A stretch of 64,000 nucleotides of DNA, from the NCBI GenBank assembly GCA_963833985.1, contig CAWIAD010000002.1, positions 832,001 to 896,000 on the forward strand, written 5' to 3'. Numbering within the stretch: position 1 is the stretch's first letter; the number at the start of each line of letters is the position of its first letter. Shown piece after piece: positions 51,455 to 60,988 of this stretch. The position numbers and the translations under genes are program-made. The notes beneath the pieces were generated by a model. The model was not told the DNA's origin. It did not search any database and was given only the letters and a program-made list of their open reading frames with translations. Source of the DNA: an uncultured Planctomycetaceae bacterium. GTDB lineage: Bacteria > Planctomycetota > Planctomycetia > Isosphaerales > Isosphaeraceae.

Positions 51455-54400
51455 TCAGGAGAGGAGGAACTCAAGATCCTCGCGGGTGAGCGTGGAGATC
51501 ACCCGATTATCGGCGTTGAGGATCGCATCGGCCAGGTCGCGCTTCTTCTGCTGAAGCTCAAGGATCTTCTCCTCGACCGTGTTGCGGCAGATCAGGCGGT
51601 AGGCGAAGACGTGTTGGGTCTGGCCGATCCGGTGCGAGCGGTCGATGGCCTGGGCCTCGACGGCCGGGTTCCACCACGGGTCCAGCAGGTACACGTATTC
51701 CGCGGCGGTGAGGTTCAGGCCCAGGCCGCCCGCCTTCAGGCTGATCAGGAAAATCGGGCAGTCGGGATCAGTCTGGAACCGTTCGACCTTGGCGGCACGG
51801 TTGCGCGTACGGCCGTCGAGGTACTCGTAGACGAGCTGCTCCTGCTCCAGCCGCTCGCGGACGATGGCCAGGAAGCTGGTGAACTGGGAGAACACCAGCA
51901 CCTTGTGCCCCTCCTCGACGACCTCGGCAATCGAGGGCATGAGCATGTCAAGCTTGGCGCTGGGCGCGGTGGTGGAGTCGTGGTTGATGAGGCCCGGGTG
52001 GCAAGCCGCCTGCCTGAGCCGTAACAGCGCCTCGAGGACCTCGATCTTGGACCGGTTCAGCTCGCTGACGTCCTTGCGCAGCAGGGCGTCGCGGTAGTGC
52101 ACGCGGAGCTCGTCGTAGCACCGCCGCTGATCGGCTTCCATGTCGCAGTAGAGGGTCTGCTCGGTCTTCTCCGGCAGGTCCTGAACTACCTGGGCCTTGG
52201 TGCGGCGGAGGATGAACGGCCGCAGTGCCTTGGCCAGCAGCACCCGGTCGGCCGCGTCGAGCCCGGTGCCGGCCCCGGCGCTGGCGTACTTCTTGAAGAC
52301 GGTGTCACTGCCCAGCATCCCGGGGTTGAGGAACTCGAAGATGGACCAGAGCTCGCCGAGATGGTTCTCGATGGGCGTGCCGCTGATTGCCAGCCGGTGC
52401 CGGGCACGCAGCAGCCGCGCGGCCTTGGCGGACTGGCTGTCGGCGTTCTTGATCGCCTGCGATTCATCAAGCAGCACGTAGTCGAACTCGAAGTTGGTCA
52501 GGTCGGGGATGTCGGTGCGCAGCGTGCCGTAGGTGGTGATGATCAGGTCGTATTCGGAGAACCTTTCGCGTAGGCCGTGGCGGCCCGAGCCAGTGTAGTC
52601 GAGCACCTTGAGCCGGGGTGTGAACTTGGCGGCTTCCTGAATCCAGTTGAACACCAGCGAGCGTGGGACGACGGCAAGCGTGGGCCCCTTGGCCTGGCGG
52701 CGATAGCGCCGGCGCTGGAGCAGGGCCAGCACTTGGATGGTCTTGCCCAGGCCCATGTCGTCGGCGAGGATGCCGCCGAAGCCGAACCGCTGGAGATAAT
52801 CCAGCCAGCCCAGCCCCTCGCGCTGGTAGGGCCGCAGCTCGCCATGGAAGCCGGGCGGTGAATCGAGCGAGACGACCCCCTCGAACTGGCGCAGGTGCTC
52901 GCGCACCTTCTCGAAGGCGGCGTCCACCTGGATCTCGGGCTGGTTGGCCAGCAGTGCGTCGAGCACACCGGCCTGCGAGGCGTTGAACCGCAGCGCGCCG
53001 TTCTCGGCGGTCGCCAGGTCGGCGAGCATGCCGTACTTCTTGAGCCACTCCTCCGGCAGCATCCCCATCGAGCCGTCGCCCAGCTCGATCATGCTCTCTC
53101 CCCGGCGGGCGGCTGCCAGCAGTTCGGGGAGCTTCACACTCTGGCCGCCGTAGTCGATGCCGCCGTCCAGGTCGAACCAGTCGATGCCCGTCGCGAGTGC
53201 CAGCTTGAACTCTCCGGCCGGGCGGATGAGCTTGCCCTCGGCCTCCACCCGCCAGCCGGCAAGGACCAGGTCCTTGGTAACCGGGCCCATGCGCTTGGCC
53301 GGCAGCTCGAGCGTTCCCGGGTCCAGCCGCGGATCCTTGGCCTCGCGGAACCCCAGCTCGAAGAGCTTGACATCCGCGGACGACTCGGTGCGAGGGTCGC
53401 GGCGAATGACCAGGCCCAGCTCGGTGGAGACCGCCAGGGGCGTGGTCCGGCCTGCCGGGATGATGGCACCGTCATAATCGAATTCCAGCTCGCATAGCAG
53501 CTTGTCGGCGGCCATGCCCCAGTTCTGCCGGGGCGAGCGCAGGGTGAGGCAGGGACGAGGCTTGGCCACGATCTCCTCGAGGCGGATCGAGTCGATGAGC
53601 TCCAGCGGAGGCACCCGCGTCTCGGCCAGGATCCGGCCCAGCATCAGGTCCTGCTGGGGCTCGACGAAGGTGATCTCCTTCTCGTAGCGGAGCCGGAGGA
53701 TCCAGGGCATGACGCCCAGATCGTCGAACCGCGCCGCCCGGCCCACGCCCAGGACCAGCAGTCCGGGCAAGAGCACCAGGGGCTCCGCCAGGTCCATGCG
53801 GTTCTCGCCGCGCCGCAGGCCGCCACGCCAGGACCAGCGCTTGCCGCCAGCCTCGGTCCGTATGTCCAGCGTGAACCGCCAGGGCTGGCCGTCGTCCCAC
53901 CGCATGGTGGGCGGGTCGTCCTCACCCTCGGTGCGCCGCAGCCTCAGCCGTCCGGACTTGGCGAGCCGCTCCACCAGGCCGGCCTGGTCCTTGCGGAGGA
54001 CGAACCGCCGCACGCCGCGCAGGTCGCTCGTGGTGCGCGGTGCGCTCATGGCACCCGGCCCGGTGCTCGCACCGTTGCTGGCGGCCCCGGCAGCATGGCC
54101 GCCATGGTGCGCCGGGGAATTGTGATGCGCCTCATCCAGCAGGGCCAGCAAGAGGCGGTCCTCGGGGTCGTACTTCACATGGGCCGCGCACGGTGCATAC
54201 CACCAGGGCCGCAGGGGGCCCCATTCGCCCGTGGGCTTGCGCTGGCGACGCGCCAGGTCAATGACCACCTGGTTGTGCGTCTGGGTGGCCGTGACGTCCA
54301 GCACGTAGACCAGAAGCCGCTTGGCGTTCCGATTGACGGGCTTGGCCCGAGCGGTCGGCGGACCTCCGGTGAGCGACCGCGACCGGCCGGAGAGCCGCGC

Positions 54401-54976
54401 ATCGCGCGGGGCCGAGCCGGGAAGCGATCCCGGAACCGTCCAGCTTCCCTCCTCACCGCCAGGGATCGGACCCACGGACCGGCCGCGGATCGGACGGTCC
54501 TTGGACGTGCGCGGCCGGTAGGGCCGGCGCGTGCCGCGCGGCAGACGCTCGCCGCCAAGATGCATGCCTGGTTCCGAATCCATGCCGGAAAACAGGTCCT
54601 GCACCGGTTCGATCTCGGGATCGACGCCCGGCAGCCGTTCCGGCGCGGGGCCTTGCCGGAGCACGTCCGGAATGAAGCGGACCGCGAAGTTGGGCGGGGT
54701 TTGCAACAGCCCGCGCGAATCCGCCAGGAGCAGCGTGGCCCAGAGGTGCTTGCACGGCTCCCCCTGGGGGCTGAAGTAGGGGCAGCTACACGATGCCAGC
54801 AGCTTGGCGCCGCGGAGCCGTACCCGTACGCGGTACTTGGTGGTGCCGCGCACCCGCGCCAGTACCTCGTTCGGCTTGGCCGACATCAGGCTCACACGGC
54901 CCTTGGCGAAGTACGACTGGCCCCGCGAGCGGACTGCGTCGCTGAAGTTCCGGGCAACTTTCTGGGCTATCCCCAT
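51455..54976 (-). CDS. SWIM zinc finger + SNF2-family helicase/ATPase
   Basis: CSC...CKH SWIM motif. LRPYQREG, LADDMGLGKT, DESQ.IKN, SGTPIEN, FSQF, AGGLGLNL, DPWWNPAVEAQAIDRSHRIGQ. Confidence 0.95.
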   Translation of the reverse strand: MGIAQKVARNFSDAVRSRGQSYFAKGRVSLMSAKPNEVLARVRGTTKYRVRVRLRGAKLLASCSCPYFSPQGEPCKHLWATLLLADSRGLLQTPPNFAVRFIPDVLRQGPAPERLPGVDPEIEPVQDLFSGMDSEPGMHLGGERLPRGTRRPYRPRTSKDRPIRGRSVGPIPGGEEGSWTVPGSLPGSAPRDARLSGRSRSLTGGPPTARAKPVNRNAKRLLVYVLDVTATQTHNQVVIDLARRQRKPTGEWGPLRPWWYAPCAAHVKYDPEDRLLLALLDEAHHNSPAHHGGHAAGAASNGASTGPGAMSAPRTTSDLRGVRRFVLRKDQAGLVERLAKSGRLRLRRTEGEDDPPTMRWDDGQPWRFTLDIRTEAGGKRWSWRGGLRRGENRMDLAEPLVLLPGLLVLGVGRAARFDDLGVMPWILRLRYEKEITFVEPQQDLMLGRILAETRVPPLELIDSIRLEEIVAKPRPCLTLRSPRQNWGMAADKLLCELEFDYDGAIIPAGRTTPLAVSTELGLVIRRDPRTESSADVKLFELGFREAKDPRLDPGTLELPAKRMGPVTKDLVLAGWRVEAEGKLIRPAGEFKLALATGIDWFDLDGGIDYGGQSVKLPELLAAARRGESMIELGDGSMGMLPEEWLKKYGMLADLATAENGALRFNASQAGVLDALLANQPEIQVDAAFEKVREHLRQFEGVVSLDSPPGFHGELRPYQREGLGWLDYLQRFGFGGILADDMGLGKTIQVLALLQRRRYRRQAKGPTLAVVPRSLVFNWIQEAAKFTPRLKVLDYTGSGRHGLRERFSEYDLIITTYGTLRTDIPDLTNFEFDYVLLDESQAIKNADSQSAKAARLLRARHRLAISGTPIENHLGELWSIFEFLNPGMLGSDTVFKKYASAGAGTGLDAADRVLLAKALRPFILRRTKAQVVQDLPEKTEQTLYCDMEADQRRCYDELRVHYRDALLRKDVSELNRSKIEVLEALLRLRQAACHPGLINHDSTTAPSAKLDMLMPSIAEVVEEGHKVLVFSQFTSFLAIVRERLEQEQLVYEYLDGRTRNRAAKVERFQTDPDCPIFLISLKAGGLGLNLTAAEYVYLLDPWWNPAVEAQAIDRSHRIGQTQHVFAYRLICRNTVEEKILELQQKKRDLADAILNADNRVISTLTREDLEFLLS

Positions 54977-55090
54977 CGTTCTGTCCCCCCCGGGCGGATC
55001 TTCCCATCCCGCCTTGAAGGGTCACTCCGCTGAACCTGGATCTGCGTTGGCGCGTGTTCCTTCGGCATGATCGGGCCGTATCCGCTGGTC

Positions 55091-57772
55091 TCAAACATCG
55101 AGATTTTTGACCTCGAGCGCGTGCTTCTCGATGAACTCCCTGCGTGGTTCCACATCGTCACCCATCAGGGTGGTGAACAGATCGTTGGCGGCAGCCGCGT
55201 CATCGAGCTGCACTTGCATGAGCGTGCGGCGCGTGGGATCCATCGTGGTTTCCCAGAGCTGCTCGGCATCCATCTCGCCCAGTCCCTTGAAGCGGGTGAT
55301 CTTCATTCCCTTCTCGCCGATCTTGCGCACGTTCATCACCAGCGCGCGGAGGTCGAGCAGGTGATGGATCTCGCCATCATGGTGCAAGAGGAACCGCGGG
55401 GGAGGCTCGTCACCGGTGACCTCGCGGGGCACCAGGACATCGGCCCGCAGCCCGAACTCATCACGCAGCCGGGTCAGGTGCTTGTTCAGCGTCTTGACCT
55501 CGTGCAGCTCGATCCGGCGCACCTTGCGAGGCTCCGCGGGGGCCGGGGTCACAGCCCCATCGGAGCCGGCCTCGGCTGTCCGGGCTGCCGCGCTTGCGGG
55601 TTCCTTGTCCCCCTTCTCGAACTCCGACTGCGACAGGAACGCCACCTCGTGGGCATGCCGGTAATCGTCACACTCCTGTTCGGTCCAGCAGGGGATCTCC
55701 CTGCCGTTGTCCTCGATCAAGAACTGGGGCAGGAGGCCGGCGCGTGGGTCAGTCCTGGGATCGGTGGCCGGGTGCGCCAAGTGCAGGAAATTTCGGACCG
55801 AGCGGCTGCGCCGCCCGAAGGCGCGGAGGCCCAGCTCGATGGCCTCCACCAGCTCCAGCAAGCTCTTCAGACGGTCGCCTTCGACCTGCAACTCGGGCCT
55901 GGCCGGAGCCTCGGGCACGGGGCTGCCGCCTTCACCATTGGCCGATGGCACCGCCGGTGCCGGTGCCGGTGCCGCCAGTACGGAGCCGGCAAGGCCCGTA
56001 TCCATGAGGATCGTCTGCATCTGGTCCTCGGTATGGACGTAGCGGCGGTCCTTCTTGCTGTTCGTGATCATGTAGAGCGGGGGCTGTGCGACGTAGAGGT
56101 GCCCCTCGACGACGAGGCGCGGCATCTGGCGGTAGAAGAACGTCATCAGCAGGGTCCGGATATGCGAGCCGTCGACGTCGGCGTCGCTCATCATCACGAC
56201 CTTACCGTAACGCCGTTTCGCCGGGTCTTCCTCCTCGCCAATTCCGTTGCCCACCGCCGTGATGATGTTGCGGATCTCCTCGTTGCCGAGCACGCGGTCG
56301 AGCCGGGCGCGCTCGACATTGAGGATCTTGCCGCGCAACGGGAGGATGGCCTGGTAGAGCCGGTCGCGTCCCCCTTCCGCGGTGCCGCCGGCCGAGTCGC
56401 CCTCCACCAGGAAGAGCTCGCTGGCGTCCTGATCGTGGGTGGTGCAATCCATCAGCTTACCGGGCAAGCCGCCCCCCGAGAGTACTCCCTTACGGTTACG
56501 CACCAGCTCACGTGCTTTTCTGGCCGCCTCACGCGCCTCGGCCGCGAGCTGGGCCTTGGCGATGATCCGTCTGGCCGCAGCCGGCGTGTTCTCAAGGTAT
56601 TCGCTGAGCTTCTCGTTGACGATCCGGGTGACGATTCCCTCAACCTCGCTGTTGCCCAGCTTGGTCTTGGTCTGCCCCTCGAACTGCGGATCGGGAACGC
56701 GGGCGCTGATGATCGCCGTCAAGCCTTCCTTGAAGTCCTCACCGGTGATCGTCAGGTCCTTGTTCTTGGCCGGCGCCGCCGCGCGGGCGTACTGGTTCAG
56801 GGTGCGCGTCAGGGCCGTGCGGAAGCCCGTCAGGTGGGTACCGCCCTCGATGGTGTTGATGTTGTTGCAGAACGAGATGACCATCTCGCTGATTGAATCG
56901 TTGTACTGCAAGGCGACTTCCACTTCCACGGCCCGCTCGTCGTCGCGTCCCCAAAAAACAACCGGCGGATGCAGGGGCGTCTGGGCACGGTTCAGGTAGG
57001 TGACGAACTCTCCCAGGCCCTCGGTGGAATAGAACTCCGCGTCTTTCGGCTCATCGCCCCGCTCGTCGCTGAGGCGGATGCGCACGCCCTTGTTCAAGAA
57101 GGCTAGCTCGCGGAGCCGCTTCTCGAGGGTATCGTAATCAAACGCGATCCGGGGAAAGATGGCGACATCGGGCAAGAAGCGGATCGTGGTCCCGGTGGAC
57201 TTGGCGGGACCCAGGGCGCGGACGGGGCCCTTGGCGTTGCCCTGCTCGTAATCCTGTTGCCAGATCTGGCCGTCGCGACGCACCTCGGCTTCCAGCCACT
57301 CCGAAAGTGCATTGACCACGGTGATGCCCACGCCGTGCAGGCCGCCGGAAACCTTGTAGGTGTCATGGTCGAACTTGCCGCCGGCATGAACCTTGGTCAG
57401 AACCACTTCCAGCGCACTCTTGCCGCTCTCGCCGTGGATGTCCACCGGGATTCCGCGGCCGTCGTCCACCACGGATACCGATCCATCGGTATGCAATGTG
57501 ACGTGAATGTTACGGCAGAAGCCGGCCATTGCCTCATCGATCGAGTTATCGACGACTTCATAGACCAGGTGGTGCAGACCGCGCGGCGATGTGTCGCCGA
57601 TGTACATACCGGGCCGCTTGCGAACCGCCTCGATCCCTTCCAGGACCTTGATGTTCGCCCCGGTGTAGCCAGCGGAGCCCTCGGCATCTTCAGCGATTGA
57701 CGGAATGGGAATTTCCATGGCTTGAGTCTCGCCCGTCCCGATCATAGCATCCTCGTCCTTGCTCAGATCCAT
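55091..57772 (-). CDS. gyrB: DNA gyrase subunit B (with large Toprim insert)
   Basis: EAVRKRPGMYIG, EVVDNSIDE, SGGLHGVG, PQFEGQTK, VEGDSAGG, PLRGK, DADVDG, RFKGLGEM. Confidence 0.96.
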   Translation of the reverse strand: MDLSKDEDAMIGTGETQAMEIPIPSIAEDAEGSAGYTGANIKVLEGIEAVRKRPGMYIGDTSPRGLHHLVYEVVDNSIDEAMAGFCRNIHVTLHTDGSVSVVDDGRGIPVDIHGESGKSALEVVLTKVHAGGKFDHDTYKVSGGLHGVGITVVNALSEWLEAEVRRDGQIWQQDYEQGNAKGPVRALGPAKSTGTTIRFLPDVAIFPRIAFDYDTLEKRLRELAFLNKGVRIRLSDERGDEPKDAEFYSTEGLGEFVTYLNRAQTPLHPPVVFWGRDDERAVEVEVALQYNDSISEMVISFCNNINTIEGGTHLTGFRTALTRTLNQYARAAAPAKNKDLTITGEDFKEGLTAIISARVPDPQFEGQTKTKLGNSEVEGIVTRIVNEKLSEYLENTPAAARRIIAKAQLAAEAREAARKARELVRNRKGVLSGGGLPGKLMDCTTHDQDASELFLVEGDSAGGTAEGGRDRLYQAILPLRGKILNVERARLDRVLGNEEIRNIITAVGNGIGEEEDPAKRRYGKVVMMSDADVDGSHIRTLLMTFFYRQMPRLVVEGHLYVAQPPLYMITNSKKDRRYVHTEDQMQTILMDTGLAGSVLAAPAPAPAVPSANGEGGSPVPEAPARPELQVEGDRLKSLLELVEAIELGLRAFGRRSRSVRNFLHLAHPATDPRTDPRAGLLPQFLIEDNGREIPCWTEQECDDYRHAHEVAFLSQSEFEKGDKEPASAAARTAEAGSDGAVTPAPAEPRKVRRIELHEVKTLNKHLTRLRDEFGLRADVLVPREVTGDEPPPRFLLHHDGEIHHLLDLRALVMNVRKIGEKGMKITRFKGLGEMDAEQLWETTMDPTRRTLMQVQLDDAAAANDLFTTLMGDDVEPRREFIEKHALEVKNLDV

Positions 57773-58023
57773 TACGCAGTTCCCTTGATCCTGTTGGCCT
57801 GTTGCGCTTGCTTGGTCTGATCTGGCTTGCCTTCCGGCCATGACCGCCATCCGTCGTGGCTGGCTGGGCAGGTGACCCATGTGCCCGGTTTGCAGCCACC
57901 CGCAGGCCGGCGGGCTTCCACGACCAGCCATCCCGTACCGGAATTGAGCGATTTCCCCCCCGGCACACGCCCTCCTGGTCCTGGCGCCGTGTGTCCTTGT
58001 CCGGTCATTTCATTGCACGTTCT

Positions 58024-58536
58024 TCAGTCGCAGTCGTCCCTGTCCGATCGGGAAATGCCGTCTCTGCTCCCTGGTCGGGCACGGGTGGAGTCCGAGGCGG
58101 GCCGGCCTCGTTCCGGGCCAGCCGCGTCACGCTGCTGCCGGGACCGCTTGCGCGCCGGAGCCGCCGGGCGGCCTGGCGGTGCGGCAGGGGCCTGAGACGG
58201 TTGCGGTTCCGGTTCCGGCTCCTCCATCGGTCCCACGCGAAAGCGAATATCGTGAATGAGCGTTCCCGGAGCCCCGGCCCGGAGGGCTTGCAAGAGCGCG
58301 GGCTTGCGAAACGCCGCCAGCTCTTCCAGGAGCGTCGGATGAGCCACGGTCACGCTCAGCACACCCCGGCGCACCTCGCCGAGCCTGGTCTGACGGCAAT
58401 ACGGCTCTCCCACGGCGGAATTCCATGCCTCCTCGAGCTCGCTCAGTGCCCGTAACCGTCCGTATCCTCGAACCGTGAAGAGTTCACCGAGAACCTCGGA
58501 CAGGGCTCGCGGGCCCCGACGATTAGGGTTCGCCAT
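58024..58536 (-). CDS. DUF721/DciA-family protein
   Basis: W..AVG......T......GVL.V.V....L..EL...I.DIRFRVG pattern. Located between dnaN and gyrB. Confidence 0.8.
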   Translation of the reverse strand: MANPNRRGPRALSEVLGELFTVRGYGRLRALSELEEAWNSAVGEPYCRQTRLGEVRRGVLSVTVAHPTLLEELAAFRKPALLQALRAGAPGTLIHDIRFRVGPMEEPEPEPQPSQAPAAPPGRPAAPARKRSRQQRDAAGPERGRPASDSTRARPGSRDGISRSDRDDCD

Positions 58537-58871
58537 GCTGGTTCAGTCCGTTCCCATCGCGAAAAGGGCGAACATGGTTACCATAAGCGGTCGCTTGCGG
58601 GATTGCCGTTCCGGCTACCGTAGGACGTGCCGTTTCAGCGCCCCTCCAGGATGGTTGGCCCGGCGGCGAACATTGCCGGCCGGTGCGACGGGGATCGCTG
58701 AAACAGCGCTGGAGCATACAACGAATCAATAACTTCCTTGGACCGCCATCGTGGGATTCCAGGTCAACAGGGTAGCAATCCGCGTGCCTTTCGTCTCATC
58801 CGGACTCCGCCTCCGCCGAGCCACTACCGCCCGCCTCGCACCCGATGGCTGAGCCTGATCGGCGCGGGCAT

Positions 58872-59990
58872 TCAACGCTCTCGGGTCAAAGGCATCACGA
58901 CGTAGGTGTATTGATCTTCAGTTCGGAAGACGGCGGCGTTCCTGGAATCAATCAGTTCGGCAGTCACTATGGTGGCGTCATCCAGGGTCTTCAGCGCGTC
59001 AACCAGGTAGCGGGGATCGAACGTGATGTCCACCGGCTTACCTTCGTAGTTGATCGGCAGATGGACGTGTGAGCTGCCCACGTCGGCCGCCTGGCTCGAC
59101 AGCTTGAGCACACCGGAGCTGAACTGGAAATCCACACCCCGGCTGTCGTCGCTGGTGATGATCGAGGCTTGCTCGACGGCCAGTCTCAAGCGGCCGGCTT
59201 CCAGGGGAATCCGCACCGCGACCGCGGGTGGGAACACATCTTGATACCGTGGAAAGCGTCCCTCCACAAGCCGGCTATAGATCACCGCATCGTCGGTGCG
59301 CACCAGCACCGCGGTTCCGGACTGGATGGCCAGATGCACCAGCAGACCGTCATCCACCAGGTTGCGCTCGATCAGCTTGAGGGCCTTGACCGGGATCACC
59401 GGCGTGCCGGATGGAACGGGCGGATCATTGGTGGCCTCCGCAGGCGCCACCATGCGAGCAAGCCTGCGGCCATCTGTACCGACCAGTGCCAGTGATTCCG
59501 GCGTCAGCTCGACCAGCACGCCGCCTAGCGCATAGCGGGCACTTTCCAGGTCGGTTGCGAAGCTCGTGCGGCGGATCAGTTTTTTCAGGTGGCCCGCCGA
59601 CAGGACATGGTAGCTCTCGGCCCCGAAGTCGGGTACCTCGGGAAACAGGCTCGCATCCTCGATCGGCAGGGTGAACTCCGCATGCTCGCCGCGCACCATC
59701 AGGTGATCGTCGTCGGTCGTTACCTCCAGCTCTTCATCGCTGCTGGTCCGGAGGATTGAGCCAATGTGATTCGTTGGCAAGATGACGGTACCCGGCTGCT
59801 CAACCCGGACGCCGAGCACGCGGTGCCGGATGCCTACCTCCAGGTCTGTGCCCATGAGGATTGAGCCTTCGTCCTCATCGGCGATGAACTTCACGTTCTG
59901 CAAGATGGGCTTCGGACTTCGCGCTGGAACGACGCCGCTCACCATGGAGAAGGCGCTGAGCAATCCATCGCGGTTGCAAAAAGCCCTCAT
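58872..59990 (-). CDS. dnaN: DNA polymerase III beta sliding clamp
   Basis: PILQNV, GTDLEVGI, RYALGGV, VGTDGRRL, SRLVEGRFPRY, FDPRYL.DAL, YVVMPL. Confidence 0.96.
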   Translation of the reverse strand: MRAFCNRDGLLSAFSMVSGVVPARSPKPILQNVKFIADEDEGSILMGTDLEVGIRHRVLGVRVEQPGTVILPTNHIGSILRTSSDEELEVTTDDDHLMVRGEHAEFTLPIEDASLFPEVPDFGAESYHVLSAGHLKKLIRRTSFATDLESARYALGGVLVELTPESLALVGTDGRRLARMVAPAEATNDPPVPSGTPVIPVKALKLIERNLVDDGLLVHLAIQSGTAVLVRTDDAVIYSRLVEGRFPRYQDVFPPAVAVRIPLEAGRLRLAVEQASIITSDDSRGVDFQFSSGVLKLSSQAADVGSSHVHLPINYEGKPVDITFDPRYLVDALKTLDDATIVTAELIDSRNAAVFRTEDQYTYVVMPLTRER

Positions 59991-60419
59991 GTGCTTCCCT
60001 CGTGTGGTCCAGCCTGTTGCAAGCGCTGGATCTCGATGGGACAGGGGTCCTGCCCGTGGCAGGTACCCGATCGACCCATGCCCCTTGTGTTGCAGGAGCT
60101 TCAGAAACTGGCCAGCTCCGGGCCTTCTCTCGCCGTCGACCCTCGGGCCTTCCAGGGGGTTGTCATCATGGTCTCGGCGGTTGCAACTGCGACATAGCCA
60201 CCAATGCGTTGCCGCTCTTTGCCCCCTGCAAGACCTCACCGGCCTGTGCATTCACCGCCTGTGCCGAACTTCTCAGCGAGTACTGACGGACCGAATCCAA
60301 CCCTTCGTACTCGACCAGGATGTTGCAGCGCGCCCTCCCGGGAGCTTTGGCGGCCTGGCGCTATGCTGCAGGGCGGTGGGGTGAACCGGAGTCCCAGACG
60401 CCCGTGAACCGGGACACGC

Positions 60420-60850
60420 TGAGATCTGTGGTTTCACAATAAGGTCAGTTGACCGCCGCATCAACCGCAGAGTGGGAATGACATCGTGGATAACCACGAA
60501 ACCGCAAGGACAAGGTAATGATAGCAAAGAACTTACCTGGCGGCAACAGGGCTGAGAGGTAAGTCGACAACTTGTGGACAGCAGGATGGGAACCCGTGCA
60601 TGGACCGGCACGCCATGATGAAGAACGGGCGGGCAAGCGGGAGAGCTGGCAACAGAAGCGCCACGACCCACGGTACGTTGACAAGTTATCAACAGCCGTT
60701 GGCGACCACTGCCGAGCACTCCATGGAAACCTGATCTGTCAGGGAAGATCGGCGATTTGCTTGACCCAGATCACGAAAAACGGCCAGGCGCCACCCGTTT
60801 TTCCACAGGGTTTCCAGGTGCGAGACTATATCAATGTTAATTGCATGCTT
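60420..60850. promoter_or_regulatory. DnaA-box cluster, candidate replication origin
   Basis: TTTTCCACA at 60799, TTATCAACA at 60686, and reverse-strand TTATCCACG (60485), CTGTCCACA (60573), TTGTCAACG (60676). AT-rich patch 60825-60846. Lies upstream of dnaN. Confidence 0.6.
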
Positions 60851-60988
60851 GATCTGGTGCGTGGCCTGGACATGGGCACTTCCCGTTTCGCATGACTGAC
60901 ATTGACCGTTTTCCATTGATGCCCAATCATGCGGCCCAGCAGCTCCGTCCTTCCTCCGTGCCGGGGCGGCACATCCAGAAAGCTGGTC

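Noticed and set aside
55067..56896. Long antisense ORFs (also 7747..9024, 10689..12164, 13995..15470, 45856..47211, 49942..51378)
   Set aside because: These are shadow ORFs opposite well-supported genes, as expected in high-GC DNA.
59991..60895. N-terminal extension of dnaN and small ORFs in this gap
   Set aside because: DnaN homology starts at 59990. Peptides such as VDKLST are simply translated DnaA boxes.
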